From positions 1 to 64,000 of the forward strand of contig CAWDWO010000036.1 in the NCBI GenBank assembly GCA_963806035.1: 64,000 nucleotides of DNA. Reading direction: 5' to 3'. The translations under genes were made by a program, and so were the position numbers. Positions 1 to 9,553 of the stretch are shown here, piece after piece. Origin of the DNA: Candidatus Krumholzibacteriota bacterium. GTDB taxonomy: Bacteria > Krumholzibacteriota > Krumholzibacteriia > JAJRXK01. Position 1 is the stretch's first letter, and each line of letters opens with the position of its first letter. The notes under the pieces are model-generated. The model worked only from the letters and a program-made list of their open reading frames with translations. It was not told the origin of the DNA and ran no database searches.

Positions 1-660
1 CCGCAGTTCTGGGCCAGGAAGCGCTCTTGCCGCGGCCCGAGTAGTGGATGCGCGCGGGCCACCAGATCCTTGCCGGTGCCGGTCTCGCCGCGTGATCAGC
101 ACGGTGGCGTCGGTCTCCGCCACCTTCTCCATCACCTCGAAGACGCGGTTCATCGCCGGGCTCGAGCCGATGATCCGGTCGAAGGCGTAGCGGCGTTCGA
201 CCTCGCGCCGCAGGTAGACGTTCTCGGCGCGCAGCCGCTCGTTGGCGTCGGCCAGGGCGCGCGGCGCAGATGCACGTTCTCGTGGTGAGGTCGTAGGCCT
301 CGAGGGCGCGCTTGACGTTGAGGCGCACCTCGTCGGGCTCCCACGGCTTCGAGATGTAGCGGTAGATGCGCCCGGCGTTGATGGCGCGCACCAGCGAGCC
401 GATGTCGGCGTAGCCGGTCAGCATCATGCGGATGGCCCGCGGGCTCGATCTCGATCGCGCGCTCCAGGAACTCGACGCCGCTCATCGCCGGCAGCACCTG
501 GTCGGTGATGATCAGCGCCACGTGCTCGCGCTCGAGGATCTCGAGCCCCTCCTCGCCGCGTGGGCGCGGTGAGGACGCGGTAGTCGGCGCCGAGGGTCAG
601 CTCGAGCGACTCGAGGATGGCCGGCTCGTCGTCGACGATCAGGACCTGGTGACGCGGCAC
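1..660 (-). CDS. Sigma54-dependent response regulator (NtrC/AtoC type), 5' part; frameshifted and running off the window
   Basis: Pieces across frames: receiver VLIVDDEPAILESL...LIITDQVLPAMSGVEFLE...YISKPWEPDEV, then IIGSSPAMNRVF and a GETGTGKDLVARAIH Walker A. Several single-base indels. Confidence 0.85.
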
Positions 661-829
661 GCGGCGGCGCTCCGGCGGGATCCCCGTCCTGGCTCGCGAG
701 TCGGCTAGGAGATCGCTCGCGGGCGCCACAGCGAGGCCGAGCGGACGTCGGACGACGGAGCCGGGCCGGCGGAGCGCGCACGGCCCCACCGGCCCGGCCA
801 CTCGACGGCAGGGTCGGCTCGGCGACCGA

Positions 830-1259
830 CGCCTTGCGACGCCTTCTTGCGGCGGCGGCGGGCAGTCCCGCGGCGCGCCGTGGTCTTGCGCGCGGTCTTG
901 CGCCGCGCCGTCTTCTTGCGCGCCGGCTTGCGGCGCGCGCGTCTTCTTGCGCGCCGTCGTCTTGCGCGCGCGGGCTTGCGCCGCGCGGCCGTTCTTGCGG
1001 CGGCCGGCTTGCGCCGCGTCGACTTGCGCTTCGCCGGCGCTTGCATCTTCACCTTGGCGACGTTGCCCTTCTTGTCGATGAAGTAGAGGAACCCTCCTCG
1101 CGCTTCGAGCCGCACTTCGCGACCTTCTGCGGCTTGCCCTTCTGGCCTTGCGCCGCCCCCCGCGCCATGCGGGCCCGGCTCACGTCGCCCTTCTTGTCGA
1201 GGTAGTAGAGCCAACCCTTCTCCCGCTTGATACCCGGTCTTTGCGACGACTGTGGCCAT
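830..1259 (-). CDS. Small basic histone-H1-like / nucleoid-associated protein with a duplicated N-terminal motif; frameshifted, stop position uncertain
   Basis: AAGGAG RBS before ATG 1259. Two copies of VAKxGxKRExGxLYxxDKKGxV, followed by a K/R/A/T-rich tail (RRKPARKKTARRKTARKTTARR). Confidence 0.7.
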
Positions 1260-1384
1260 GCGGCCATCTCCTTCGCTTTGGGTTTGGGATCCCGTCGAGG
1301 GGAGGGAGGATCAGGCGCGGAGACAGGAGGATCACTCTGGTATCGGGCCTGTCAAACGTTGCCGGCGTCGGCCGCCCACCGCAC

Positions 1385-1530
1385 CCGACGGAGGCTCCGT
1401 CGGTGGCCCGACGGAGCTCCGTCGGTGGCCCGACGGAAGTTCGAGCGGAGGCCTCCGACGGTGGCCGACGGAGGCTCCGACGGGGCTCGGGGTGCTCCGG
1501 GGAGCTCCGACGGTGGGCCCGACGCGGCTC
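1385..1530. repeat. Intergenic array of degenerate palindromic (REP-like) units CCGACGGAGCTCCGTCGG-TGGC
   Basis: Near-perfect palindromes at 1385-1403 and 1408-1425, with further decayed CCGACGG units to about 1530, just past the gshB stop. Confidence 0.65.
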
Positions 1531-1563
1531 CCTCGGCCCCGCAGCAGGCGCTCGACAGCTCGA

Positions 1564-2505
1564 TCAGCCCTCGAGCGAGCGGGTCTCGCCCGCGAGGCGG
1601 TTGATCTCCTGGACCCCCGTCGGGCTGGTCACGTTGATCTCCGTCAGGCAGCCCCCGATCACGTCGATCCCGACGAAGAACAGGCCGTCCCGCCGCAGCG
1701 ACGGGGCCACGCGCTCGACGATCCGCCGGTCGGCGCTCGTCGAGTCCGCCTTCGCCGACGCCGCCGCCGACGTGGAGGTTGGCCCGGCGCCTCGTGCTCG
1801 ACGGGACCCGGCAGCACGGCGCCGAGCGGCTCGCCGTCGAGGAGCAGGATGCGCTTGTCGCCCCGGCGCGACGTCGGGCAGGTAGCGCTGGGCCATGATC
1901 GGGTCGGGTGCCGAAGCGCGGTCGCTCTGCTCGAGGATCGAGACCAGGTTCCGGTCGTCCTCGTGGACGTGGAAGATCCCCTCGCCGCCGCGGCCGTCCA
2001 GGGGCTTCACGATCATCTCCCCGCCGAGGCTCCATGAAGTCCCGCAGCTCCGGCGATCGGCGGGTGACCCGGGTCGTCGGGCATCAGCTCGGGGAAGCTG
2101 CAGGGCGTAGAGCTTCTCGTTGGCGGCCAGGATGCCCTGGGGCCGGTTCAGCACCAGCGCCCGGCGGCACAGGGCACAGGATCTGGGTGGCCGCCACGTA
2201 GCGCGGCGTCCACCGGGGGATCCTTGCGCTGGAAGACCAGGTCCACCTCCTCGTCGAGGGCGACGCTCGCGGGGCTCGCCCAGGTCGACGTGGCGGCCGC
2301 TCCTCCCGGCGCAGCGCTGCACCGGGCGCGCGCGGGCCATGACGCGCCCCTGCGGTCCACGCCCAGGTCGGCGGGCTCGGCGTAGAGCACCCGGTGGCCC
2401 CGCTCCTGGGCCTCGAGCATCAGCACGAAAGTGGTGTCCGCGCGGATGTCGATCGGACTCGATGGGGTCCATCACGAAGACGAGCGTCAGCGGAGAGGTC
2501 GGCAC
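1564..2505 (-). CDS. gshB: Glutathione synthetase (frameshifted)
   Basis: FVMDPIE, MLEAQERGH, VFQRKDPP, ANEKLYAL, KPLDGRGGEGIF, MAQRYLP and FVGIDVIGGCLTEINVTSPTG motifs, spread over several frames. Confidence 0.9.
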   Translation of the reverse strand: MPTSPLTLVFVMDPIESDRHPRGHHFRADARGPGAGPPGALRRARRPGRGPQGRVMARARPVQRCAGRSGRHVDLGEPRERRPRRGGGPGLPAQGSPGGRRATWRPPRSCALCRRALVLNRPQGILAANEKLYALQLPRADARRPGSPADRRSCGTSWSLGGEMIVKPLDGRGGEGIFHVHEDDRNLVSILEQSDRASAPDPIMAQRYLPDVAPGRQAHPAPRRRAARRRAAGSRRARGAGPTSTSAAASAKADSTSADRRIVERVAPSLRRDGLFFVGIDVIGGCLTEINVTSPTGVQEINRLAGETRSLEG

Positions 2506-2599
2506 TTCAGCGCTCCGGGGGCGCGCCGAAGCGGTAGCGCAGGGCGGACCGGCTCGGCTACGGTCGCGCAGTCCCCCGGAGATACGATGGTTTACCCGA

Positions 2600-5153
2600 G
2601 TGGCCCGGCGCGGCGTCCGCGCTCCGGGTCCCGGCTGCTGCGACTCGCTGGTGGTCGGGCCTGCTGCGGTCGGCGCGGTGGCTGGGCGGGGTCGCGCCTT
2701 CTACCTGGCCTTCGTCCGCGACCTGCCGGACCTCCACAGCGTCGGCGGACTACCGGCCCCCGCTGGCCAGCACGGTGCTCGACCGCCAGGGCGCGCCTGA
2801 TCGGCGAGTTCTTCACGAGCGGCGCCGCCTGGTTCCCCTCGACGAGGTGCCGCAGCACGTGGTCGGGCCTTCGTCGCCGCCGAGGACAGCTCACTTCTTC
2901 GAGCACCGGGCATCGACTACACGTCGCATCCTGCGGGCCGCCTGGGCGAACCTGCATGGCCGGGCGAGGATGGTCGAGGGCGCCAGCACGATCACCCAGC
3001 AGATGGTGAAGGGCCTGCTGCTCTCGCCCGAGCGCACGTTCACGCGCAAGATCCGGGAGATGATCCTGGCCCGGCGCATCGAGCAGCGCTTCACCAAGCA
3101 GGAGATCCTCTACCTCTACCTGAACCAGATCTACTTCGGGCACGGCGCCTACGGCATCGGCGAGGCGGCGCGCACCTACTTCGGCAAGGCGGTCGCGGAG
3201 CTCACCGTCGGCGAGGCGGCGCTGCTGGCCGGCCTGCCCAAGGCGCCCGTCGGCTACTCGCCCTACCGCAACCCGGAGGCGCGCCGAGCGCCGCCGGCGC
3301 TACGTGCTGCGGCCGCATGCTCGACGAGGGCTGCATCGACGCAGCCGCCTACGACGAGGCGCTGGCCGACGCCGCCGAGCTCCTCGGGCCAGCTCGGAAG
3401 CGCGACGACTTCGCGGACGGCCGCCTACTTCTCGGAGGAGGTGCGGCGCTACCTGTTCGAGCGAGCTCGGGCGGCGAGCGCGGTGCTCGAAGGCGGGCTG
3501 CGCGATCGAGACGACGCTCGACATCGACCTCCAGCGAGCGGCGGTCGCGGCGGTGCGCGAGGGGCTCGAGCGGCTCGACCACCGCCAGGGCTACCGCGGC
3601 CCGGTGCGCCGCATCGCACGCCGAGGCGATCGCCGAGACCCTGGCGTCCCTGGCCGAGGAGAACGAGCTCTCGCCCGCGGAGGGGGTCCCGCCCGCGATC
3701 CCCGCCGGCCGAGCGCTGCTCGGGGTCGTCACGCAGGTGGACAAGCGAAGGAGCTGGCGCGGGTGGCCTTCGCGCCCGGTCTGGAGGGGGAGGTCCCCCT
3801 GCGCGACGTGCGCTGGGCGCGCACCCCGAACCCGGCCAGCTACCCCACTTCGGTGCGCTCCATCGAGCGCGTCTTCCAGGTGGGCGACGTGACGCGCTTC
3901 CTGCGTCCGGAGGCGGACCCGGACCAGACACCCGCCGCGCTCCCGCGGGTCCTGCTGCACCAGGACCCCGCCGTGGAGGGGGCGCTGCTCTCGTTCGAGA
4001 TCGAGACGGGCGACGTGCTCGCGCTGGTGGGCGGCTACGACTTCGCCCGCAGCGAGTTCAACCGCGTCACCCAGGCGACGCGTCAGCCGGGCTCGGCGTT
4101 CAAGCCGCTCATCTACGCCGCGGCCCTGCTGGAGGGCAAGACGCCCGCCAGCATCGTGGAGGACCGACCCCTGGTGTACGAGGACCCCGAGACGGGGTTC
4201 GTCTGGCGGCCCGGGAACTACGGGCGCTTCCTCGGGCCGATCACGCTGCGCGAGGCGCTCGCGCGCTCGGTCAACAACGCGACGATCCACCTGCTCGACG
4301 GGCTCGGCGTGGACCACGTGATCGCGTTCGCGCGCGCGCTGGGGATCGAGTCGCCCCTGGAGCGGAACCTCTCCCTGGCGCTCGGCTCGAGCGGCGTCTC
4401 GCTGCTCGAGCTGACGCGCGCCTATGCGGTGTTCCCGAGCGGCGGCCGCGTCGTCGTGCCGCGCTTCATCCGCCGGGTGCTCGACCGCGAGGGCAACGTG
4501 CTGCTGGAGCACGTGCCCTCGGAGACATCCCCGCCTCCGCCGCGGAGGCCCAGACGCCCGAGACCGACGGTGCCGCGCCCACGTCCGACGCCGCCCCGCC
4601 GCCCGCGGCCGTGGTCGAGGCGAGCCACCCCGAGGGGGTGACGGCGAGCCGGAGGAGCAACCGCTCCCGCCGGATCAGTCCCTCGGAGCGCGAGGCCTAC
4701 CTCGCCACGGACATGCTGCGCGGCGTGGTGAGACCGAGGGCACCGGTCGGCAGGCGCGCGCGCTGGACCGGGCCCTGGGCGGGAAGACGGGCACCACCAA
4801 CGAGCAGGGCGACGCGTGGTTCCTCGGATTCTCGCCCGAGGTGGCGACCGGCGTCTGGGTCGGCTACGACGAGCGCCGGGTGCTCGGCAAGGGCGAGACG
4901 GGCGGCGCGCGGCACTGCCGATCTGGATCGACTACATGCGCGCCGCGCTGGCCGATCGCCCCAAGAGCGACTTCCCCGTCCCGGAAGGCATCGTGTTCGC
5001 CCGCATCGACCGCGAGACGGGCCTGCTCGCCGGCGCCGCGACCAAGGACAGCTACTTCCAGTCCTTCTCGAGGGCACCGATCCGACCGAGACGGCGGAGC
5101 GCTCCACCACCGCGCGGGAGAGCGACCGGCTGCTGCGCCTCGACGCCTTCTAG
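2600..5153 (+). CDS. mrcA: Class A penicillin-binding protein 1A (transglycosylase-transpeptidase), frameshifted; start approximate
   Basis: GASTITQQ, RKIREMILA and YLNQIYFGHGAYG (GT51), then RQPGSAFKP (SxxK), SVN and GKTGTTN (KTG) transpeptidase motifs. Confidence 0.9.
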
Positions 5154-5818
5154 GTCGGGCAGCCGAGCAGTCGCGCGAGCTCGGCGGGCGTCTCCACCAC
5201 GTGGTCGGCGCCGGCCGACTCCAGCTCCTCGCGGCCGCCGATGCCCCAGAGCACGCCGACGGTCACGAGGCCGTGGGCGCGGCCCGCCACCACGTCGTGG
5301 CTGCGGTCGCCGACCATGGCCACGTCGTGGCCCGCCCCGAGCGCCACCAGGGCCCGCGCCACCGTCTCGCGCTTCGGCTCCGAGCGCGCCTCCAGCGACG
5401 GGCCCACCACCGGGCCGAAGAGATGGCGCAGGCCCAGGGTCTCGAGGATCGGAACCGCGAAGACGCCGGGCTTGGACGTCGCTACCCCGCAGCGCAGGCG
5501 GGGCCGCAGCGCGTGGAGCACCTCCACCACGCCCTCCATGGCCAGGGTCTCGCGGGTGCAGGTATCGCGGTAGCGCTCCCGGTAGCGGGCCACGCACGCG
5601 TCCACCAGGCTCGGATCCCCGGCCTGGACGTCGATCACCTCCCGGAACGCGTCGTGCAGGGGAGGTCCGATGAACGGGTGCAGGCGCTCCTCGGGCCAGC
5701 GCTCGAGCCCGCACGCGTCGAGCGCGTGGTTCATGGAGCGCGCGATCGCGGTGCGCGAATCCACGAGCACGCCGTCGAGATCGAAGAGGACGCCCGCCAG
5801 CTCGAGTGTGTTTCGCAT
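5150..5818 (-). CDS. HAD-superfamily hydrolase (phosphoglycolate phosphatase-like)
   Basis: LFDLDGVLVDS motif I, VATSK, MVGDRSHDV motif, GVLWG. Confidence 0.88.
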   Translation of the reverse strand: MRNTLELAGVLFDLDGVLVDSRTAIARSMNHALDACGLERWPEERLHPFIGPPLHDAFREVIDVQAGDPSLVDACVARYRERYRDTCTRETLAMEGVVEVLHALRPRLRCGVATSKPGVFAVPILETLGLRHLFGPVVGPSLEARSEPKRETVARALVALGAGHDVAMVGDRSHDVVAGRAHGLVTVGVLWGIGGREELESAGADHVVETPAELARLLGCPT

Positions 5819-5876
5819 GTCGCGCTTCCAGGTGTGTGTTGACAGAGTGCGGTCGGGCAGGGTAGCAACGCCGCAG

Positions 5877-7076
5877 GTGGGTGAGTTCACGACGCAGCCG
5901 CGCGGTCCCCGGTCCTCCGCCGGCGGCTCGGCCGCCTCAGCAGGCTCGGACGAGCTGGACCTGATCCTGGCGCGCGCGGTGGAGCGCCTGCGCGACGCCA
6001 GCGGCGCCCGCGTGGTGGCCGCCCTGGTGCGCGCGCCGGGCGGCGGCGTGCGTGTGGCCGCGGCGGCGGGATCGCTGGAGACTGCCCCCGACGCCGCCCT
6101 CCTCGACGTGACGACCGGCCAGTCGCACGCGGTGGACCTGGCGCGGGCGGCCGCGTCGCGCGTCGAGCTCGAGGCCGCCGCCCAGGGCTTCGGAGCGGCG
6201 GTCGCCCTGGGGCGAGTGGCCGACGAGGCCCACGCCCTGCTGGTGCTGGCCGGCGATGCCGACCCGCCCGGCGCCGTGCGTCCGCGCACCCTGGCGGCCC
6301 TCGACGCGGCTGCCGAGCGTCTCGACAGATCCGTCTCGGCGGCGGCCGCGGCGGCGCGCCTGACCCGCCTGGACGACGACCTCCAGCGCCTCGGCCGGCT
6401 CGCAGCCCTGGGCGACCTGGTCGCGGAGATCGCCCACGAGGTGCGAAACCCGCTGGTCTCGGTGAAGACCTTCCTCCATCTGCTGCCCGACCGCCTGGAG
6501 GACGCGGACTTCCGGGTGCGCTTCCTGGGGGTGGTGGCCGACGAGGTTCGCCGCATCGAGGCGCTGCTCGACGCGCTGCTGGCCCAGGCGCGTCCGACTC
6601 CGGCGGCGGGTCACGCATCGGGCGACGGAGCCGCCGTGGGCCCGGCGCTGCGCACGGTGGCCGACCTGCTCGAGCACCGCGCCATGGAGCGGAGCGTCGC
6701 CCTCGAGGTGGACGCCGGCGACGAGCTGCGCGTCCCGATGCACGAGGACGCCCTGCGCCAGGTGGTGCTCAACCTCGCGCTGAACGCTCTCGACGCCGCG
6801 CCGGCGGCGAGCGGCCGCAGCGGCGCCGGCCGGGTGCGCCTGGCCGCGTCGGCCGTCGACGGGGTGCTCGAGGTCCGCGTCGAGGATGGCGGCCCCGGCG
6901 TGGCGCCCGGCGACCGGGAACGCATCTTCCAGCCGTTCTTCTCGACGAAGCCGGGCCGTCCCGGAGGACTCGGACTCGCCATCTCGCGGGGCCTGGTGGA
7001 GCGCGCCGGCGGGCGTCTCGACGTGGTCGAGGCCCAGGGCGGGGGCGCCTGCTTCCGCGTGCGCTTCGCGCGCTGA
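5877..7076 (+). CDS. Sensor histidine kinase (degenerate GAF-like N-terminus, HisKA, HATPase)
   Basis: IAHEVRNPL H-box, NLALNALDA N-box, EDGGPGV, FQPFFSTK and GGLGLAIS. Start approximate. Confidence 0.85.
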   Translation: MGEFTTQPRGPRSSAGGSAASAGSDELDLILARAVERLRDASGARVVAALVRAPGGGVRVAAAAGSLETAPDAALLDVTTGQSHAVDLARAAASRVELEAAAQGFGAAVALGRVADEAHALLVLAGDADPPGAVRPRTLAALDAAAERLDRSVSAAAAAARLTRLDDDLQRLGRLAALGDLVAEIAHEVRNPLVSVKTFLHLLPDRLEDADFRVRFLGVVADEVRRIEALLDALLAQARPTPAAGHASGDGAAVGPALRTVADLLEHRAMERSVALEVDAGDELRVPMHEDALRQVVLNLALNALDAAPAASGRSGAGRVRLAASAVDGVLEVRVEDGGPGVAPGDRERIFQPFFSTKPGRPGGLGLAISRGLVERAGGRLDVVEAQGGGACFRVRFAR

Positions 7077-7113
7077 CGGCGCCCGGCTCGGTTCGCGCCC
7101 GCCCCCCGCCCTC

Positions 7114-7758
7114 CTAGCGCCTGGATTCCCGGGAGAGGGATTCGAGCACGGCCCGCCCCAGGGCCGCGAGTCCGACAGCGAAGAAGTGGTCGGCGCCGGG
7201 GATCACGACCAGCTCCGCGCCCTCCGGGAGCATGCGCTCGACGGCGTCCGGCGGCGCGAGGGAGTCGCGCTCGCCGACGATCACGAGGGCGGCCCCCCCG
7301 AAGCCCGCCAGCGCCGCGGCCTCCGTCAGCAGCGGCGGCGGCGCCACGAGCACGAGGCGGCGCACGCGCCGCCCGACCGACGCAGCGCCCGCCGCGCGCA
7401 CGGCGGCGGCTGCGCCGAACGAGTAGCCGCAGGCCGTGAGCGGCGCGTCCACGTTCGCGGCGATCTCCGCCAGCGCTGCCGCGTAGTCGGCGTCGGCGTC
7501 CGCGGCCTCAGCGCTGGCGGCGCCCGCGCTGGCGCCGACCCCGCGCCAGTCGAAGCGCAGGGACGCGAGACCGGCCCGGCAGCAGGCGTAGGCCAGCTCG
7601 CTCACCACGGGGTTCTCCATGCTCCCGCCGTAGAGGGGGTGCGGCGGCGCGATGACCGCTCCCCCGCGCGGCTCGCCGCCGTGGGCGCCCAGCAGCACGC
7701 CCGACAGCACCGGATCGCCGGCGATCACCACGGCCTGCTCGAGAGGACTGCGCGCCAC
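7114..7758 (-). CDS. Alpha/beta-fold hydrolase
   Basis: PHPLYGGSMENPVV, RFDWRGVG, GYSFG nucleophile elbow, GERD, GADHFF. Confidence 0.88.
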   Translation of the reverse strand: MARSPLEQAVVIAGDPVLSGVLLGAHGGEPRGGAVIAPPHPLYGGSMENPVVSELAYACCRAGLASLRFDWRGVGASAGAASAEAADADADYAAALAEIAANVDAPLTACGYSFGAAAAVRAAGAASVGRRVRRLVLVAPPPLLTEAAALAGFGGAALVIVGERDSLAPPDAVERMLPEGAELVVIPGADHFFAVGLAALGRAVLESLSRESRR

Positions 7759-7782
7759 GGCGGCCGAGGATACCCTGCGCGC

Positions 7783-8298
7783 GTGGCGGGGCGACGCGTG
7801 TACGACGGCCGGGTGGTGAAGCTGGACGTGGATCCCGTGGAGCTGCCCGGGGGCGCCCGCGTCGAGATCGAGATCGTCCGCCATCCCGGCGCCGCGGCGG
7901 TGGTGCCCTTCGTCTCGGACGATCGCGTGGTGCTGATCCACCAGTTCCGTCACGCCGCCGGCGGTCGGATCTGGGAGGTGCCGGCCGGCAAGCTCGACGG
8001 GGAGGCGCCCGAGGTGTGCGCGGCCCGGGAGCTGGAGGAGGAGGCGGGTCTGCGCGCCGGGCGCCTCGAGCGCCTGAGCGTCATCTGGACCACGCCCGGC
8101 TTCAGCGACGAGCGCATCCACCTGTTCGCCGCCTACGACCTGGAGCGCGTGCCCCAGCGCCTGAACGAGGACGAGGTGCTGGAGGTGGTGGAGATGCCCT
8201 TCTCGCGCGCCCTGGCGATGGTCTGGAGCGGCGAGCTGTGCGACGCCAAGAGCGCACTGGCCCTGCTGCACGCGGCCCATCGCCGCGGCGGCGCCTGA
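7783..8298 (+). CDS. NUDIX hydrolase (ADP-ribose pyrophosphatase-like)
   Basis: HPGAAAVVP, EVPAGKLDGEAPEVCAARELEEEAG Nudix box, TPGFSDE, DAKS. Confidence 0.9.
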   Translation: MAGRRVYDGRVVKLDVDPVELPGGARVEIEIVRHPGAAAVVPFVSDDRVVLIHQFRHAAGGRIWEVPAGKLDGEAPEVCAARELEEEAGLRAGRLERLSVIWTTPGFSDERIHLFAAYDLERVPQRLNEDEVLEVVEMPFSRALAMVWSGELCDAKSALALLHAAHRRGGA

Positions 8299-8394
8299 CG
8301 CCCCCCCCGCCCCGATTCCTGACGCGACGCGTCATCCAGCCATCATCGAAAGGCCTGCAAACGGGCGCGAAGTTCGCGTCACGGTAGGATTGCG

Positions 8395-8423
8395 TTGACC
8401 CGAAACCCTCGAGTTCGTAACGT
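8395..8423 (+). promoter_or_regulatory. Sigma70-type promoter upstream of the rhomboid gene
   Basis: TTGACC-17 nt-TAACGT. Confidence 0.5.
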
Positions 8424-8521
8424 GACTGGCCGCAAGCGGGAACCGCGCGCCCCTCCCGCCGAGCCGAGCGTTTCTTCGAAGGTTTTTTCGAAGGCTTTTC
8501 TGGAAGGCTTGGAGGCCAGCG

Positions 8522-9298
8522 GTGTACGGACGCGGGCTATCAGGGCGGCCGGACTGGGCTTCGGCCCGCCCTTCACCCCGCCGATCGTCAAGCAGCTCCT
8601 GATCGCCAACGCGGCGGTCTTCGTCGCTCAGAACCCGACGCACTGGTGAGCGCGTTGATGACACGCTGCTTCGGCGGTGATCCCCGCGAGCGTCTGGCAG
8701 CAGCGGCTACCTGTGGCAGCCCTTCACCTACATGTGGCTCCACGGGGAGCCTCGGCCACATCGCCATGAACATGTTCGTGCTGTGGATGTTCGGCTCGCC
8801 GCTCGCCATGGCCTGGGGGGCCCAAGCGCTTCCTGCGCTTCTACCTGCTGTGCGGCGTGGGGGCGGGCTTCATCATCGCGACGATCCCCTACCTGCTCGT
8901 GCGTCGTCGGCGTCCCGTCCGGCTCGACGGATCCCGACGGTGGGCGCATCGGGCGCGATCTACGGGTGATGCTCGCCTACTCGCTCACCTGGCCCGATCG
9001 CACCATCATGCTGATCTTCCCGCCGGTCGCCTTTCGCGCGATCTGGCTGATCCCGGTCGCTGTTCCTCATGACGCTCATCTTCCCGGGCGGCGGCAACAT
9101 CAGCCACGTCGGGCACCTGGGCGGCGTGCTCGTCGGCTGGCTCTACCTGCGCCGCCAGCGGCGAGGGGCACCTGCTGCCTTCGGAGCCAGACCGCACCGC
9201 TGGCGCCGCTGCAAGATGCGCCGGCAGCTCAGGGCCGTGCGCCCGAAGAGGAGGGCTGGAGCCGGCGCAACGACCACGACGACCGGACGCTCCACTAG
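8522..9298 (+). CDS. Rhomboid family intramembrane serine protease (frameshifted)
   Basis: GGAGG RBS. VKQLLIAN, WQPFTYMWLH, HIAMNMFVLWMFG, VGASGAIYG (GxSG) and SHVGHLGG motifs across frames. Confidence 0.85.
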
Positions 9299-9306
9299 AG
9301 GACTGC

Positions 9307-9553
9307 ATGCGCGACGACTCCTCCACCTTCGCCCTGGACGACGCCCTCGACGCAGACGTGCGTCGGGCGGCGGAGCGCCTGGCCGGAGCCCGCCGGGTGG
9401 TGGCGCTGACCGGCGCGGGGTTGTCGGTGGAGAGCGGCATCCCGCCCTTCCGCGGCAAGGGCGGGCTGTGGACCCGCTACGGGGAGCCGCCGCTGGACGG
9501 CTACCAGCGCTTCCTCGCCGACCCGGCCGAGGCGTGGCGCCGCCAGCTCGATG
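9307..9553 (+). pseudogene. Sir2/CobB NAD-dependent deacylase, N-terminal fragment only, cut at an apparent junction
   Basis: VVALTGAGLSVESGIPPFRGKGGLW. The QNVD and HG motifs never appear because the sequence switches to kinase coding on the opposite strand. Confidence 0.75.
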
